Source: an uncultured Desulfobacteraceae bacterium
GTDB lineage: Bacteria; Desulfobacterota; Desulfobacteria; Desulfobacterales; CAZHA01
NCBI GenBank assembly: GCA_964572695.1
Contig: CAZNFS010000003.1
Coordinates: 1 to 45,534 of the forward strand
Direction of reading: 5' to 3'
Length of the DNA: 45,534 bases
Below are positions 17,239 to 27,099 of the stretch, piece after piece. The notes beneath the pieces were generated by a model. That model had not been told where the DNA came from. It saw nothing but the letters and a program-made list of their open reading frames with translations, and made no database searches. Every line of letters begins with the position of its first letter. The stretch's first letter is position 1. The position numbers and the translations under genes are program-made.

Positions 17239-18666
17239 TTACGGGATTTGTTTCAATTCGGGTATTTTGATGCCGTGTTTGGTCAGAAGTTTCTGAAAAT
17301 TGGTTCGTTGCATTCCGGTCTTACGGGCGGCCCGGGTAATATTCCAATCATTTTGGGACAACGCATGTAAAAGAAAATTTCTTTCGACCTTCACCACCGC
17401 TTTCTGCCGGATTTCTTTTTTAATCTGCTTCAATTCCGAATTGGTTCGCGGAACATTCTCGATCAATTCCTCAATATCGCTGATATCGCCTAAAAATGGG
17501 ATTTCCTTGAGCGTGATTTGTTCACTTTCGCTCAGTATCACGGCTCTTTCCACGACATTTCGGAGCTGTCTTACATTCCCCGGCCAATCATACTCGGTCA
17601 GCCGGCAGGCCGCGTCCTTGTCAAACCCGGAAACCGCCTTGCCCATGCGCTGGTTGAACTGGTTCACGAAATGATACGCAATCGGTAAAATATCCCGCTT
17701 CCGTTCGCTTAAAGACGGCAGATCAATCGGATAGACAAATATGCGATAATAAAAATCTGCCCGAAAAGAGCCGTCGGCCACCATTTCCTTTAAATTTCGG
17801 TTGGTGGCGAAAATGAATCTGACATCCACTTTTTGGGGCGTTGAACCGCCGAGAGGAAAAAATTCACGCGATTCTAAAAAGCGAAGCAGCTTTCCCTGGA
17901 TCTCCAAACTGATATTACTAATCTCATCCAGAAATATGGTTCCTTTGTGTGCCAGCCGTAAAATTCCGTCTTTATTTTTTTCAGCGCCGGTAAAAGCCCC
18001 TTTGGCATAGCCAAAGAGCTCGCTTTCGAGTAGATTGCCTGACAAATTCCCACAATCTATGGCAAAAAAGACCTTGTCTTTGCGCTGGCTGTTGGCATGT
18101 ACGGCCCTGGCAATCAGCTCTTTCCCGGTGCCGCTTTCGCCGTAAATAAAAACGGTCGAATCGGTCGGTGCGACCTTCTGTACCATTGAAATTACTTTTT
18201 TTATTTTGGCACTGGCTCCGACCAGTTGGTGTGTGGGAGCTTTCGTGCGCTGGCGGTCTTTTTTCAGCCGCTCATTTTGTAAACGCCGCTTTCTCTCTTC
18301 AAGCGCCAGTTCGACGACAGAGCGCAGCTCATTGGGGGTAAACGGTTTGGGAAGATAATCAAAGGCGCCCATTTTCATGACTTCCACAGCCGATGAAACA
18401 CTGGCATAACCGGTTATTATGATCACCAGCGTGTCAGGGTACTTCGCTTTCACGCGCCGGAAGACTTCCATACCGCCTATGGAGCTCATTTTTAAATCCG
18501 TGATAATGAGATCATAGGATTTCTCCTCCAGCCGTTTAAGCGCATCATATCCGCTCAGCAGATAATCAATGGTATAATCCGGCCGGGACAGTATCTTGGC
18601 GCAATTTCTGCAAATACTCTCTTCATCATCGATGATCAGGATCTGGAGCGAATGTTCATCTGGCAC
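17239..18666 (-). CDS. sigma-54-dependent response regulator (NtrC family: REC-AAA+-Fis HTH)
   Basis: 475 aa. REC (LIITDLKMSSIGG), Walker A GESGTGKE, GAFTGA loop, ESELFGY, and a C-terminal HTH (ITRAARKTGMQRTNFQKLL). Confidence 0.9.
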   Translation of the reverse strand: MPDEHSLQILIIDDEESICRNCAKILSRPDYTIDYLLSGYDALKRLEEKSYDLIITDLKMSSIGGMEVFRRVKAKYPDTLVIIITGYASVSSAVEVMKMGAFDYLPKPFTPNELRSVVELALEERKRRLQNERLKKDRQRTKAPTHQLVGASAKIKKVISMVQKVAPTDSTVFIYGESGTGKELIARAVHANSQRKDKVFFAIDCGNLSGNLLESELFGYAKGAFTGAEKNKDGILRLAHKGTIFLDEISNISLEIQGKLLRFLESREFFPLGGSTPQKVDVRFIFATNRNLKEMVADGSFRADFYYRIFVYPIDLPSLSERKRDILPIAYHFVNQFNQRMGKAVSGFDKDAACRLTEYDWPGNVRQLRNVVERAVILSESEQITLKEIPFLGDISDIEELIENVPRTNSELKQIKKEIRQKAVVKVERNFLLHALSQNDWNITRAARKTGMQRTNFQKLLTKHGIKIPELKQIP

Positions 18667-20122
18667 TTACGTCTCCTTGGATTATCGGAAGATGTACGAT
18701 AAATTCAGTCCCTTTACCGATTGTGCTCCTCGCCTCGATAGTTCCGCCGTGTTGTTCTATGGTGCCGTGCGTAATCGCCAATCCTAAACCGGTGCCTTTC
18801 TCTTTGGTTGTAAAAAAGGGGTCAAATATTTTACTCAAATTTTCGCTGACAATTCCGATGCCGTTATCCCAGACCGATACTTCAATCTTTTTTTGCTCTG
18901 ACTTATTGCGCGTTTCAACGATCACTTTTCCGCGGGAACTGGTGGCTTCGATGGCGTTTAAAGTCAAATTCATCACCGCCTGTTGGATTTGGTCTTTGTC
19001 CAGATAAATTTGCGGCAGATTTTCGGCAAGATTCATCTCAAGTTCAACATTATTAAACGCCGCCTGTTTTTTGGTGAGCAAAAAACTCTCACTAACGATG
19101 GCATTGACGTCATGCAGGTTTTTTGCGGGCGGGCTCTGCCGCGCAAAATCGAGTAGGCTTTTGACAATTTTCCGGCAACGCAGGGTTTCGTTGGCAATCG
19201 TTTCGAGATCCTGGTAGAGGGGATCGTCTTTGACCATATCCTCTTGAACCAGTATGGCCGTAGTCAATACGGTGGTCAGCGGATTATTGATCTCATGCGC
19301 GACCCCGGCCGAAAGACGGCCAATAGAAACCAGCTTTTCCTGCTGCATCATGATTTTCTGCATATTGATCTCTTGGGTAATATCTCGTGATATATTAACC
19401 GCCCCGACAATCTCCGTTTTTTGTACCAGCGGGTAGCATGAAACGGCCAGATAAGTCTCCTTTTTATCCTCGCCCCTGTAAACATGGGTTACCCGTGAAG
19501 GTTTACCTGTCTCTCGCGCCGTTTTAAACGGGCATTCCAGATCATCTAAGCAACAGGGAGTTTCCTGGTGATTAATAAGTTCATAACAGCTCCGGCCGAT
19601 CGCCTCTTCGCGCGTCATATTTATTCTTTCCAACAAGGCCGCATTAATATCCATGACCCTATAATCCGCATCGATCACGAGTACATTTTCATGAATCAGC
19701 TCATTAAAAAGAACGTCATACTTTGCCAGGGTCTCCTTTAGCTTCTGATTGGTTTCCTTTTGAGTCTGGGTAATGCGGTAAATTTCCGTAAAAAATACCG
19801 CCGTGGTGTGGGCGATGGCCCTGACGGTATGCTTCTTTTTTTTTAAAATGTCGTTGTAAACATCTAAACTCCCGGTCAATTCAATAATCAAATCAATGTC
19901 ATCGCGCTTAATAAAATCATTATAATCGCTCGTCACAAAAATACCCGCTTCTTTGGCCCTGACGATTCCGGGGGCATCATCTTTAAGATCGGCAACGCCT
20001 ACAATTATGGGATTGGTGAGCGGGAAGGTCTGATTATCGATTAATTCCATTAAAAAACAACACCGTGACCCTCCCCCGACAACGGCAATAGTTAAAGACG
20101 ACTTGTCCATCGCTTCCTCCAC
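18656..20122 (-). CDS. cytoplasmic sensor histidine kinase (N-terminal Rossmann-like region, PAS, HisKA, HATPase)
   Basis: 488 aa with no TM segment. H-box SAGVAHEINNPL, N-box NLTLNAIEA, G-boxes DNGIGI and GTGLGLA. The PAS-like region is Cys-rich (CYELINHQETPCCLDDLECP). It overlaps the regulator gene by 11 nt. Confidence 0.85.
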   Translation of the reverse strand: MEEAMDKSSLTIAVVGGGSRCCFLMELIDNQTFPLTNPIIVGVADLKDDAPGIVRAKEAGIFVTSDYNDFIKRDDIDLIIELTGSLDVYNDILKKKKHTVRAIAHTTAVFFTEIYRITQTQKETNQKLKETLAKYDVLFNELIHENVLVIDADYRVMDINAALLERINMTREEAIGRSCYELINHQETPCCLDDLECPFKTARETGKPSRVTHVYRGEDKKETYLAVSCYPLVQKTEIVGAVNISRDITQEINMQKIMMQQEKLVSIGRLSAGVAHEINNPLTTVLTTAILVQEDMVKDDPLYQDLETIANETLRCRKIVKSLLDFARQSPPAKNLHDVNAIVSESFLLTKKQAAFNNVELEMNLAENLPQIYLDKDQIQQAVMNLTLNAIEATSSRGKVIVETRNKSEQKKIEVSVWDNGIGIVSENLSKIFDPFFTTKEKGTGLGLAITHGTIEQHGGTIEARSTIGKGTEFIVHLPIIQGDVSAR

Positions 20123-20208
20123 GCTGTCCCTAATACATTAAAATCACAAATCACAACACTCAAATTACAAATAATATCAAATTTCCAAATTTCAGTGACC
20201 AAAACATT

Positions 20209-23200
20209 TTAATCTCTTATTGGCGGTCTCACTCTCATTCTATCTGTTTTGAAAAGGGATTGAATATCGTTTAGGATCAAGTAGCCACAGGGAATTAAGA
20301 TGAGTGTGACCCCGGTCGCGAAGAGGACTCCGAATCCTAAACTGACAGCCATGGGAATGAGGAATTTGGCCTGAATGCTTTTCTCCAGAATTATCGGTAT
20401 GAGTCCGGCAAATGTGGTCAACGAAGTGAGCACAATGGCGCGAAAACGCAGCTTCCCCGCCGCGGTTACGGCAGCATGCGCGTTTGCCGTATGATCGCGC
20501 ATCCGGTTGGTGGCGTCGATCAATACCAACGAATCATTGACGACGACTCCGGCAAGCCCCACCATACCGAACAGGCTTAAAAAACTGATGTTCAGTCCCA
20601 TTATTAAATGCCCCACAAAGGCACCCAAAAAACCGAACGGAATGGCCGCCATCACGATAAAGGGTTGTGTAAAAGATTTAAACGGGATCGCCAGCAAGGC
20701 GTATATGCCGAAAAGCGCAATGGCAAAACCGCGGTAGACATCCCCCATGGATTCTTTTTGCTCTTTGCCTTCTCCTTCGACTGAATACCTGAGTTCCGGA
20801 TATCGGCTTTTCAATTGTCGCAAAAAACGATTCTCAAGTGTGATGCGCACCTCATTGGCGTTAGCCACGGACTCGTCCACATCAGCCGTCACCTTGATAA
20901 CCCGCTTGCGCTGGGCTCTTTCGATGGACACATACCCCTGTACCATATCGACTTGAGCAACCTGACTGAAAGGGACTTCATGACCGTCCGCCGTTCGAAT
21001 CCGCATTTCTTCTACATAGCCCAGAGATCTTCGCTCAGATTCGGGATAACGCACAAGAACCTTGACCTCATCCTTATTGCGTTGTAAACGCAGCGCTTCT
21101 GCGCCGTAAAAGGCGTGACGCACCTGTAGGGCAAGATCGCTCAAGGTGAGTCCTAGACTGTGTGCGGCCGGTTTGAGCTTAAGCTGCATCTCCCTTTTTC
21201 CGGGTAAAAAACTATCTTCTATATCAAAGACACCGGGATATGTTTTTAGCTCATTTTTGAGATCTTCGGCCGCCGTCAAAAGCGTATCATGGGCATCTGA
21301 AGAGAGATTGATTTCGATGGCGTTTCCGGCGCTGTGCAGCTCACTGCGGTAGACAATCGATTCGGCATCCGGTATACTGCGGCCCACCTTTTTTCGCCAC
21401 ATCCGGGTCAAACGCATGGCGCCGATATCGCGCTTTTCGCCTTCTATGAGCTGGATCCATATTTGCGCCAGGTGGCTGCCGCTGCTGTTTGCGCCCCCCC
21501 GCCGGCTCATCTGAAAACCGATCAAACCTACACTGTATTCAAAAAGCGGCGGCGCCCCTGCGGGACGACCTTTGTCCATCATTTTAAGGGTTTCTCTTGC
21601 GGTTCGTTCCAGATGCGTGACAATCTCCTCTGTCCGCTCAACGGGCGTCCCGGCCGGCATGGTCACCAGGCAGCGCAGGGTATCCCCTTCAACTTTTGGG
21701 AAAAACGTGAACTTGATCCATCCCGCCTGGTATATCCCCAGGGCCAGCATCAGCACGGCCACACCTGATGCCAAAGTCGCATACCGCCAGTGCAGGCAAA
21801 AATCGAGCAAGCGGGCATACGGCTTTTGAATGATCCAGGTTAAACACCGGGCGGAAATCTTTATTCTTTTTTTTCCCGGACCGCGTGAATTGACAAGGCC
21901 TTTACTTCGCGCCATGTGGGCCGGCAAGATGAAGAGAGACTCCACCAGAGAACCGAGTAAAACCAGAATAATGACGATCGGAATATTGCGCATCATCTTG
22001 CCCATAAAGCCGCCCCCCAAAAGAAGCGGCCAGAAAGCCACGACGGTGGTCAGAACCGAAAAAATCACCGGTCGACCCACCTCAAGCGCACCCTCCACGG
22101 CACTTTCAAGCGGTGCCGCTCCTTCTTCGCTTTGACGAAAGATATTCTCCCCGATAATGATGGCATCATCCACCACAATTCCCAGCACCATGATATAAGC
22201 AAAAAGGGATATCATGTTAATGGACACATCGAATTGGGGCAGAAACATCATTCCGGCCATGAAAGATATCGGAATTCCAAGGGTCACCCAGAAAGCAAGC
22301 CTGATATTCATGAGAAGTCCCAGTAAAATAATCACCAGGACCAATCCGATGCCCATATTTTTCAACAACAGGTTGAGACGGCTGTTGAGAATTCTTGATC
22401 GATCTGAAAAAGAGGCGATGTCGATGCCTGCGGGAAGGTCGGGGCGGGTCTCACTAATATATTTTTTGACCGTTGCCGCCACCGAAAGCGCATTTTGATC
22501 CGCCACCCGATACACCTGGATCATGCCGGCAGGTTTACCCTGAAACCGTGCGAAGAGATCGACATCCTCAAACCCATCTTTCAATATGGCCATCTGACCC
22601 AATGTAACTATACTCCCGTCAGCACGGGTAATCACGGCGATATCCAAATAGTCTTCGGTTGAATAGCGACGACCTTTGGTTCTGAGCAGTATCTCGCCGC
22701 CTGCGGTTTTGACACTGCCGGCAGGCAAATCGAGACTCGCATTTTGCACGATTTGTGCCACCCGTCCCAAGGTCAGTCCGTAACGGCGGAGGGATTCCTC
22801 GGAAACTTCAATGAGGATTTCACCTTTGCGCACGCCCAGCAGTTCAGCCAGGGTAATACCGGGCAGATTGGTAAGGTCGTCTTTGACTTTTTCGGTCAGA
22901 TGCTTGATGGTCTTTTCAGGCGCATCGCCGTAAACCGCCACATAAATGACCCGGCTGCGGCGAGTGACTTCACGCACAATCGGATCCTCAGCCTCTTCCG
23001 GGAAAGTGCTGATACGATCCACCTCGGCTTTGACTTCGTCCAACAGCTTTTTTAAATCCCAGCCTTTCATGACCTCCAGGGTTACCGTACCGAATCCTTC
23101 CCGGGCGACGGAATCGATCCGCTTAATGCCGGCTAGACCCGCCACGCTTTCCTCCACCCGCCGAATGACGGCTTCCTCCACTTCAGCGGGTGAAGCACCG

Positions 23201-23358
23201 GCATAAACCATGGAAATATTGATTCGGTCGAGTGCTGTCTCGGGAAAAATCTCAAGCTTCATGGTCAAGCCGGTGAGGGCTCCCGCTAACAAAAGAAATA
23301 TCATCAACAGGTTGGCGGCGACATGGTTCTCAGCAAACCAGGCAACTGCTTTTCTCAT
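20209..23358 (-). CDS. RND efflux transporter permease (AcrB/HAE-type)
   Basis: 1049 aa. Two-fold TM/periplasmic-loop architecture. The N-terminus WFAENHVAANLLMIFLLLAG and conserved TM4 region (VVDDAIIIGENI) are typical of RND pumps. Confidence 0.9.
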   Translation of the reverse strand: MRKAVAWFAENHVAANLLMIFLLLAGALTGLTMKLEIFPETALDRINISMVYAGASPAEVEEAVIRRVEESVAGLAGIKRIDSVAREGFGTVTLEVMKGWDLKKLLDEVKAEVDRISTFPEEAEDPIVREVTRRSRVIYVAVYGDAPEKTIKHLTEKVKDDLTNLPGITLAELLGVRKGEILIEVSEESLRRYGLTLGRVAQIVQNASLDLPAGSVKTAGGEILLRTKGRRYSTEDYLDIAVITRADGSIVTLGQMAILKDGFEDVDLFARFQGKPAGMIQVYRVADQNALSVAATVKKYISETRPDLPAGIDIASFSDRSRILNSRLNLLLKNMGIGLVLVIILLGLLMNIRLAFWVTLGIPISFMAGMMFLPQFDVSINMISLFAYIMVLGIVVDDAIIIGENIFRQSEEGAAPLESAVEGALEVGRPVIFSVLTTVVAFWPLLLGGGFMGKMMRNIPIVIILVLLGSLVESLFILPAHMARSKGLVNSRGPGKKRIKISARCLTWIIQKPYARLLDFCLHWRYATLASGVAVLMLALGIYQAGWIKFTFFPKVEGDTLRCLVTMPAGTPVERTEEIVTHLERTARETLKMMDKGRPAGAPPLFEYSVGLIGFQMSRRGGANSSGSHLAQIWIQLIEGEKRDIGAMRLTRMWRKKVGRSIPDAESIVYRSELHSAGNAIEINLSSDAHDTLLTAAEDLKNELKTYPGVFDIEDSFLPGKREMQLKLKPAAHSLGLTLSDLALQVRHAFYGAEALRLQRNKDEVKVLVRYPESERRSLGYVEEMRIRTADGHEVPFSQVAQVDMVQGYVSIERAQRKRVIKVTADVDESVANANEVRITLENRFLRQLKSRYPELRYSVEGEGKEQKESMGDVYRGFAIALFGIYALLAIPFKSFTQPFIVMAAIPFGFLGAFVGHLIMGLNISFLSLFGMVGLAGVVVNDSLVLIDATNRMRDHTANAHAAVTAAGKLRFRAIVLTSLTTFAGLIPIILEKSIQAKFLIPMAVSLGFGVLFATGVTLILIPCGYLILNDIQSLFKTDRMRVRPPIRD

Positions 23359-23371
23359 TCGTCAGACCCTT

Positions 23372-24574
23372 TCATGACCCCTCCGTCTCGCCAGCCAGCG
23401 CGACTCTCACTACCATTCCGTCCGTTACCGCTTTGATGGGAGATATCACCACTATTTCACCAACACTGAGTCCCCTGCTGATTAGGGCACCCGCATCTAT
23501 AAATTTGGCGATTTGCACCTTCCGAAAACGGAGACGTCTATTGTCATCGATCACCCAGACCACATTCCCCGCCTGAAGGGCGGAACGAGGAATGATGGTC
23601 GCATTCGCAAGCATTCGACCTTCTATGGTAACGGCCACAAAAAGCCCTACCGCCAAAGGCGGCTTCCTGGCATACGGTTTTTCCACTCTGACAATCACAT
23701 TAATCATGCGGGTGCGTTCATCCAATTTCCCCTCGGAGCGCACCACCCGACCCTTCCAGGTCAGGGCCCGCCCCGCCACGTGCGCCTCAACCACGGCCCG
23801 GGCCCCCCGGCCTTTACCCGGCGTAAAGCCGGGAACATGAAACCAGTATAAATCATCGCTTTCAAGCGGCACCTTAATCTCGGCCGCTTCGGTTGAATAA
23901 AGGGTGGCCAGGGGCTGTCCGGGAGAAACAAACTGACCGATATCAACACTTTTAGAACTGACTCTTCCGCTGAAAGGTGCCTTCAGCTTTGTTCTTTGAA
24001 GCTTTATTTCGGCCTTTTGCAGCTCGGCGCGGTCTGCCTCCAGCTTAGCCCTGGCCGCCGCCAGCTGAGGCTCCTTGGCCAGTAACGGGGGCGGTTTTGG
24101 ATTTATCGGAGAATTTTCATTTTTCATTTTTCTGTTATTGATTTCGATCCATTCTTCTTTCGCAACGGCGGCTTCTTCCTCCAGCAATTTCAACTTGCTT
24201 TCAGAATCCTTCAATCGTGCTTGATAAAGAGAAACGGCCAGTTGATAATCCACCGGTTCTATCTGCAAAAGGATTGTCCCTTTCTTAAAAGCGCCCCCGT
24301 CTACGAGGGACGGTGACGTGTAAATCACCTTGCCGCCGACCTGGGGTATCAATCGTATTTCGCGCAGGGGCCTTACCGTTCCCTGGCCGAGAATGGGCAC
24401 TCTTTTTTGAGCACTGCGAACCGCAATGGCGCGTACGATGGGTAGTACGATGGATCGTTTAACTTTTTTTAAAGGGGCTTTGCTGGCCGTCAGCGTGCGC
24501 AGACCGAAGACACCCGCTGCTAAAAAAAGCGCCGCTATAAATAATTGAACTACCAATTTTATTTTGGGACCCAT
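23372..24574 (-). CDS. RND periplasmic adaptor (membrane fusion protein)
   Basis: 400 aa. N-terminal anchor helix, coiled-coil hairpin (AAARAKLEADRAELQKAEIKLQRT), and KAPFSGRV lipoyl-like motif. Confidence 0.85.
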   Translation of the reverse strand: MGPKIKLVVQLFIAALFLAAGVFGLRTLTASKAPLKKVKRSIVLPIVRAIAVRSAQKRVPILGQGTVRPLREIRLIPQVGGKVIYTSPSLVDGGAFKKGTILLQIEPVDYQLAVSLYQARLKDSESKLKLLEEEAAVAKEEWIEINNRKMKNENSPINPKPPPLLAKEPQLAAARAKLEADRAELQKAEIKLQRTKLKAPFSGRVSSKSVDIGQFVSPGQPLATLYSTEAAEIKVPLESDDLYWFHVPGFTPGKGRGARAVVEAHVAGRALTWKGRVVRSEGKLDERTRMINVIVRVEKPYARKPPLAVGLFVAVTIEGRMLANATIIPRSALQAGNVVWVIDDNRRLRFRKVQIAKFIDAGALISRGLSVGEIVVISPIKAVTDGMVVRVALAGETEGS

Positions 24575-24627
24575 GTTTTAAAACTTCCTTTTAAAAAAAT
24601 TCGCTTGCATTCCGGAAATCAGGTCAT

Positions 24628-26094
24628 TTATCCATTGATCCTATCCATCTCAGCACCCCATCCGCCACCGAGAGACCGATGCAACGAAACCCGGTTGGTG
24701 AGGATGGTCAAATCGACCAGGATCAGATTCACTTCGGCCTGAAAGCGGGTTTGTTGAGCATTCAGGACATTGAGGTAATCCGCCAATCCCCTCTCATAAC
24801 GGCTCTGGGCGACTTTTTGAGTTGCGCGGGCCTCTTCCAGAAATTTTAAGATTCGTTTGCGGCGCTCCAATTGTTCTTTGCGTGTCAATAGCGCCGCCTC
24901 AACTTCCGAGAAGGCTCTCAATACCGTCTGCGCATATGCCATCACGCCCTGTTCAAATCGCGCTTCCGCCGCCTGCTGCACGCCCTTTAATTTACCGGCG
25001 TCAAATAACGGTTGTATGAGACCTCCCGCCAGGCTCCAGAGTTGGCTTTGGGGTTCGAAAAGCTGGCCCAACTCATTATTGGAATAACCCAAACTGGCTG
25101 TTAAGGAGATCCGCGGAAAACGGCTCGCCTTGGCCACTCCAACGCGGGCATTCAATGCCTGCAATTGGGCTTCTGCCGCCCGGATATCCGGTCGTCGAAG
25201 CAAAAGTTTCGAAGGCAGCCCGGAGGGCACCGGTGTCATTTGCTTAAAATAGTCTTCCTGATGTTCCCGCGGGGGGTGGGTGACAGGATAGCGTCCCAAC
25301 AGCACAGCCAGTTTTTGCTGGGTAAGCCCCAGGTCTCTGCGCAGTTCGGGCAGCGATGCTTCCGACTGCGCCAGTACACGCCGCGCCTGTCTTAAATCCA
25401 AAATAGATGTCAAACCGCGCTCATAACGTCTTTGGACAAGATCGAGGTTGCGTTGATAATTTTCAATACTCTGTTTTGTAATTTGTATCCGCCGCTCCAG
25501 GGCCTCCATCTGCAAATAGGCCGTGATGGTTTCAGCGATAATGGTTTGTATGACCGTCAGCCGATTTTCCTCTGCTTGAAGAAGATCTGCCCGTGACGCC
25601 TCCTCGGCTCTGGCCAGTCGCCCCCATAGATCCACTTCATAGGTCGCCGGAAAGGAAAGGCTGTAACTGTCGATATTCTTTCTCCGTTCAAGGGCAACAA
25701 GTCCACCGCGGCTAAACGTCGTTTCGGTTACGGTCAGGCGCCTCCTCTGGGCATTGAGCTGAAAATTCAAATCCGGGAATCGGTCTGATTGCGTCTGTTT
25801 GAATCGCGACCGGATCTCCAAAATTTTGGCCGAGGTTTTTTTGATGTCCAGGTTGTGCGCGAAAGCTTCCGCTACCAGTTGGTTAATTTGCGGATTCCCA
25901 AACACCTCCCACCAACGATCCAGTGGTGTCGTCTGTTGAGTCTCCGGTGCGGCATGTTGATAAGTGGCCGGAGTTTGAATTCCGATATCCGGTTTATGAT
26001 ACTGGGGGCCGAGCTTCATACAACCGGCGCCAAAAATTAAACCCGACAGCGCTATCATCAGGATTCCGAATCTGTCTATCCTGGAATATTTCAA
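24628..26094 (-). CDS. outer-membrane efflux factor lipoprotein (NodT/OprM family)
   Basis: 488 aa. Lipobox LIFGAGC, two OEP-type repeats, WW..FGD-like N-terminal motif (RWWEVFGNPQIN). Confidence 0.85.
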   Translation of the reverse strand: MKYSRIDRFGILMIALSGLIFGAGCMKLGPQYHKPDIGIQTPATYQHAAPETQQTTPLDRWWEVFGNPQINQLVAEAFAHNLDIKKTSAKILEIRSRFKQTQSDRFPDLNFQLNAQRRRLTVTETTFSRGGLVALERRKNIDSYSLSFPATYEVDLWGRLARAEEASRADLLQAEENRLTVIQTIIAETITAYLQMEALERRIQITKQSIENYQRNLDLVQRRYERGLTSILDLRQARRVLAQSEASLPELRRDLGLTQQKLAVLLGRYPVTHPPREHQEDYFKQMTPVPSGLPSKLLLRRPDIRAAEAQLQALNARVGVAKASRFPRISLTASLGYSNNELGQLFEPQSQLWSLAGGLIQPLFDAGKLKGVQQAAEARFEQGVMAYAQTVLRAFSEVEAALLTRKEQLERRKRILKFLEEARATQKVAQSRYERGLADYLNVLNAQQTRFQAEVNLILVDLTILTNRVSLHRSLGGGWGAEMDRING

Positions 26095-26744
26095 GCGATG
26101 GTCTCCTTTTCACTCCCATCAAGCCCGGCCAGGGAAAAGTCGATGATGTGATCGATCAACTGCGCTTTGAAAGACGGGTCATATTCCCGTCCGGTAACAT
26201 GTGCCACCACAGTTCGGGCAAAATTGAAATGAAGTACGATCGAAAATATACTTATTATTTTTAAAAGCAATCGCTCGCGCGGCAGTCCGTCGGGAACAAA
26301 GGTTTCAAACATATCGGCCAACTCATTAAAAAACGGTTGCATGACATGGTTTGCTATAAACTCAAAAGCCTCGGTCGGTTGGCTCATCTCCCGGGTCATT
26401 AATTGAAAATGGCGCTGTCGCTCCTCATCTGAAAAAGGTCCTTCCAAAAATGCCCGCGCCAAAGCCTGAATAACGACTGCAGGAGCACTCACCTCTTTTG
26501 CAGCCAGGGAGTCTTTAAAAAATTTCTGTAACCCCTTGGCCCTGGGCACCCAGCGGAAACGAAAAACATCCAGGTAGAGATTTTTTTTGTTTCCAAAATG
26601 ATAATTAACCGAAGCTATATTACAGGTGGCCGCCTTGGTTATCTCCCGCACGGTAACAGCATGATAGCCCTTTTGGGCAAAGAGGATCTCCGCTTTGTCC
26701 AACAGCCTTTCTCTTGCAAGGTCGTTTTTTTGATTGGATCTCAT
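26091..26744 (-). CDS. TetR/AcrR family transcriptional regulator
   Basis: 217 aa. N-terminal HTH (GYHAVTVREITKAATCNIASVNYHFGNKKNLY). A 4-nt overlap with the OMF gene start indicates co-transcription. Confidence 0.85.
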   Translation of the reverse strand: MRSNQKNDLARERLLDKAEILFAQKGYHAVTVREITKAATCNIASVNYHFGNKKNLYLDVFRFRWVPRAKGLQKFFKDSLAAKEVSAPAVVIQALARAFLEGPFSDEERQRHFQLMTREMSQPTEAFEFIANHVMQPFFNELADMFETFVPDGLPRERLLLKIISIFSIVLHFNFARTVVAHVTGREYDPSFKAQLIDHIIDFSLAGLDGSEKETIA

Positions 26745-26775
26745 TTTTTATCACCTCTCAATTAAAACAACCGTA

Positions 26776-26791
26776 TCAAACAATTGTTTGA
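26776..26791. promoter_or_regulatory. 16-bp perfect palindrome, candidate TetR operator
   Basis: TCAAACAATTGTTTGA lies 32 nt upstream of the tetR ATG, between the sigma-54 promoter candidate and the start codon. Confidence 0.4.
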
Positions 26792-26845
26792 AAATCAACA
26801 AAAACCTGTGCTTTGCTTTATGACGGATGATCCAAAAATTTTTTT

Positions 26846-26861
26846 TGCAAAAACCCTGCCA
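26846..26861 (-). promoter_or_regulatory. sigma-54 (-24/-12) promoter upstream of tetR-RND string
   Basis: The minus strand reads (C)TGGCAG-GGTTT-TTGCA with exact consensus spacing and a perfect -12 TTGCA. It lies about 100 nt upstream of tetR ATG 26744. Confidence 0.55.
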
Positions 26862-27056
26862 GGCCAAATCGCAACCCTGATATTTGTTTTAACTCCTAAA
26901 TGTAAACTAAATATGCGCAGATGCTAAAAAATTGTAAAAAGATGTATAAATGATCGATTGGGCGATAATGTATTTCATGCGACCAAAGAAATTTTTAAGC
27001 AAAAAGGGAGGGATAAAAAGACAGATAAACGATGCCGGGTGTGTCGCAGAGCAGGG

Positions 27057-27091
27057 TTAACTCCCTCGCGGAGGGTTCGCGAGGGAGTTAA
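27057..27091. terminator. strong hairpin (14-bp perfect stem, 7-nt loop) at the end of the MarR-permease-small ORF unit
   Basis: TTAACTCCCTCGCG-gagggtt-CGCGAGGGAGTTAA starts 9 nt beyond the TAA at 27100-27102 (minus strand). No clear U-tract follows, so it could be a REP-like element rather than an intrinsic terminator. Confidence 0.4.
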
Positions 27092-27099
27092 GCGTGTAA

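Noticed and set aside
17140-17370. 76-aa plus-strand ORF overlapping the 3' end of the NtrC-like gene
   Set aside because: It is antisense to the well-supported HTH-coding end of the regulator and has no translation signals.
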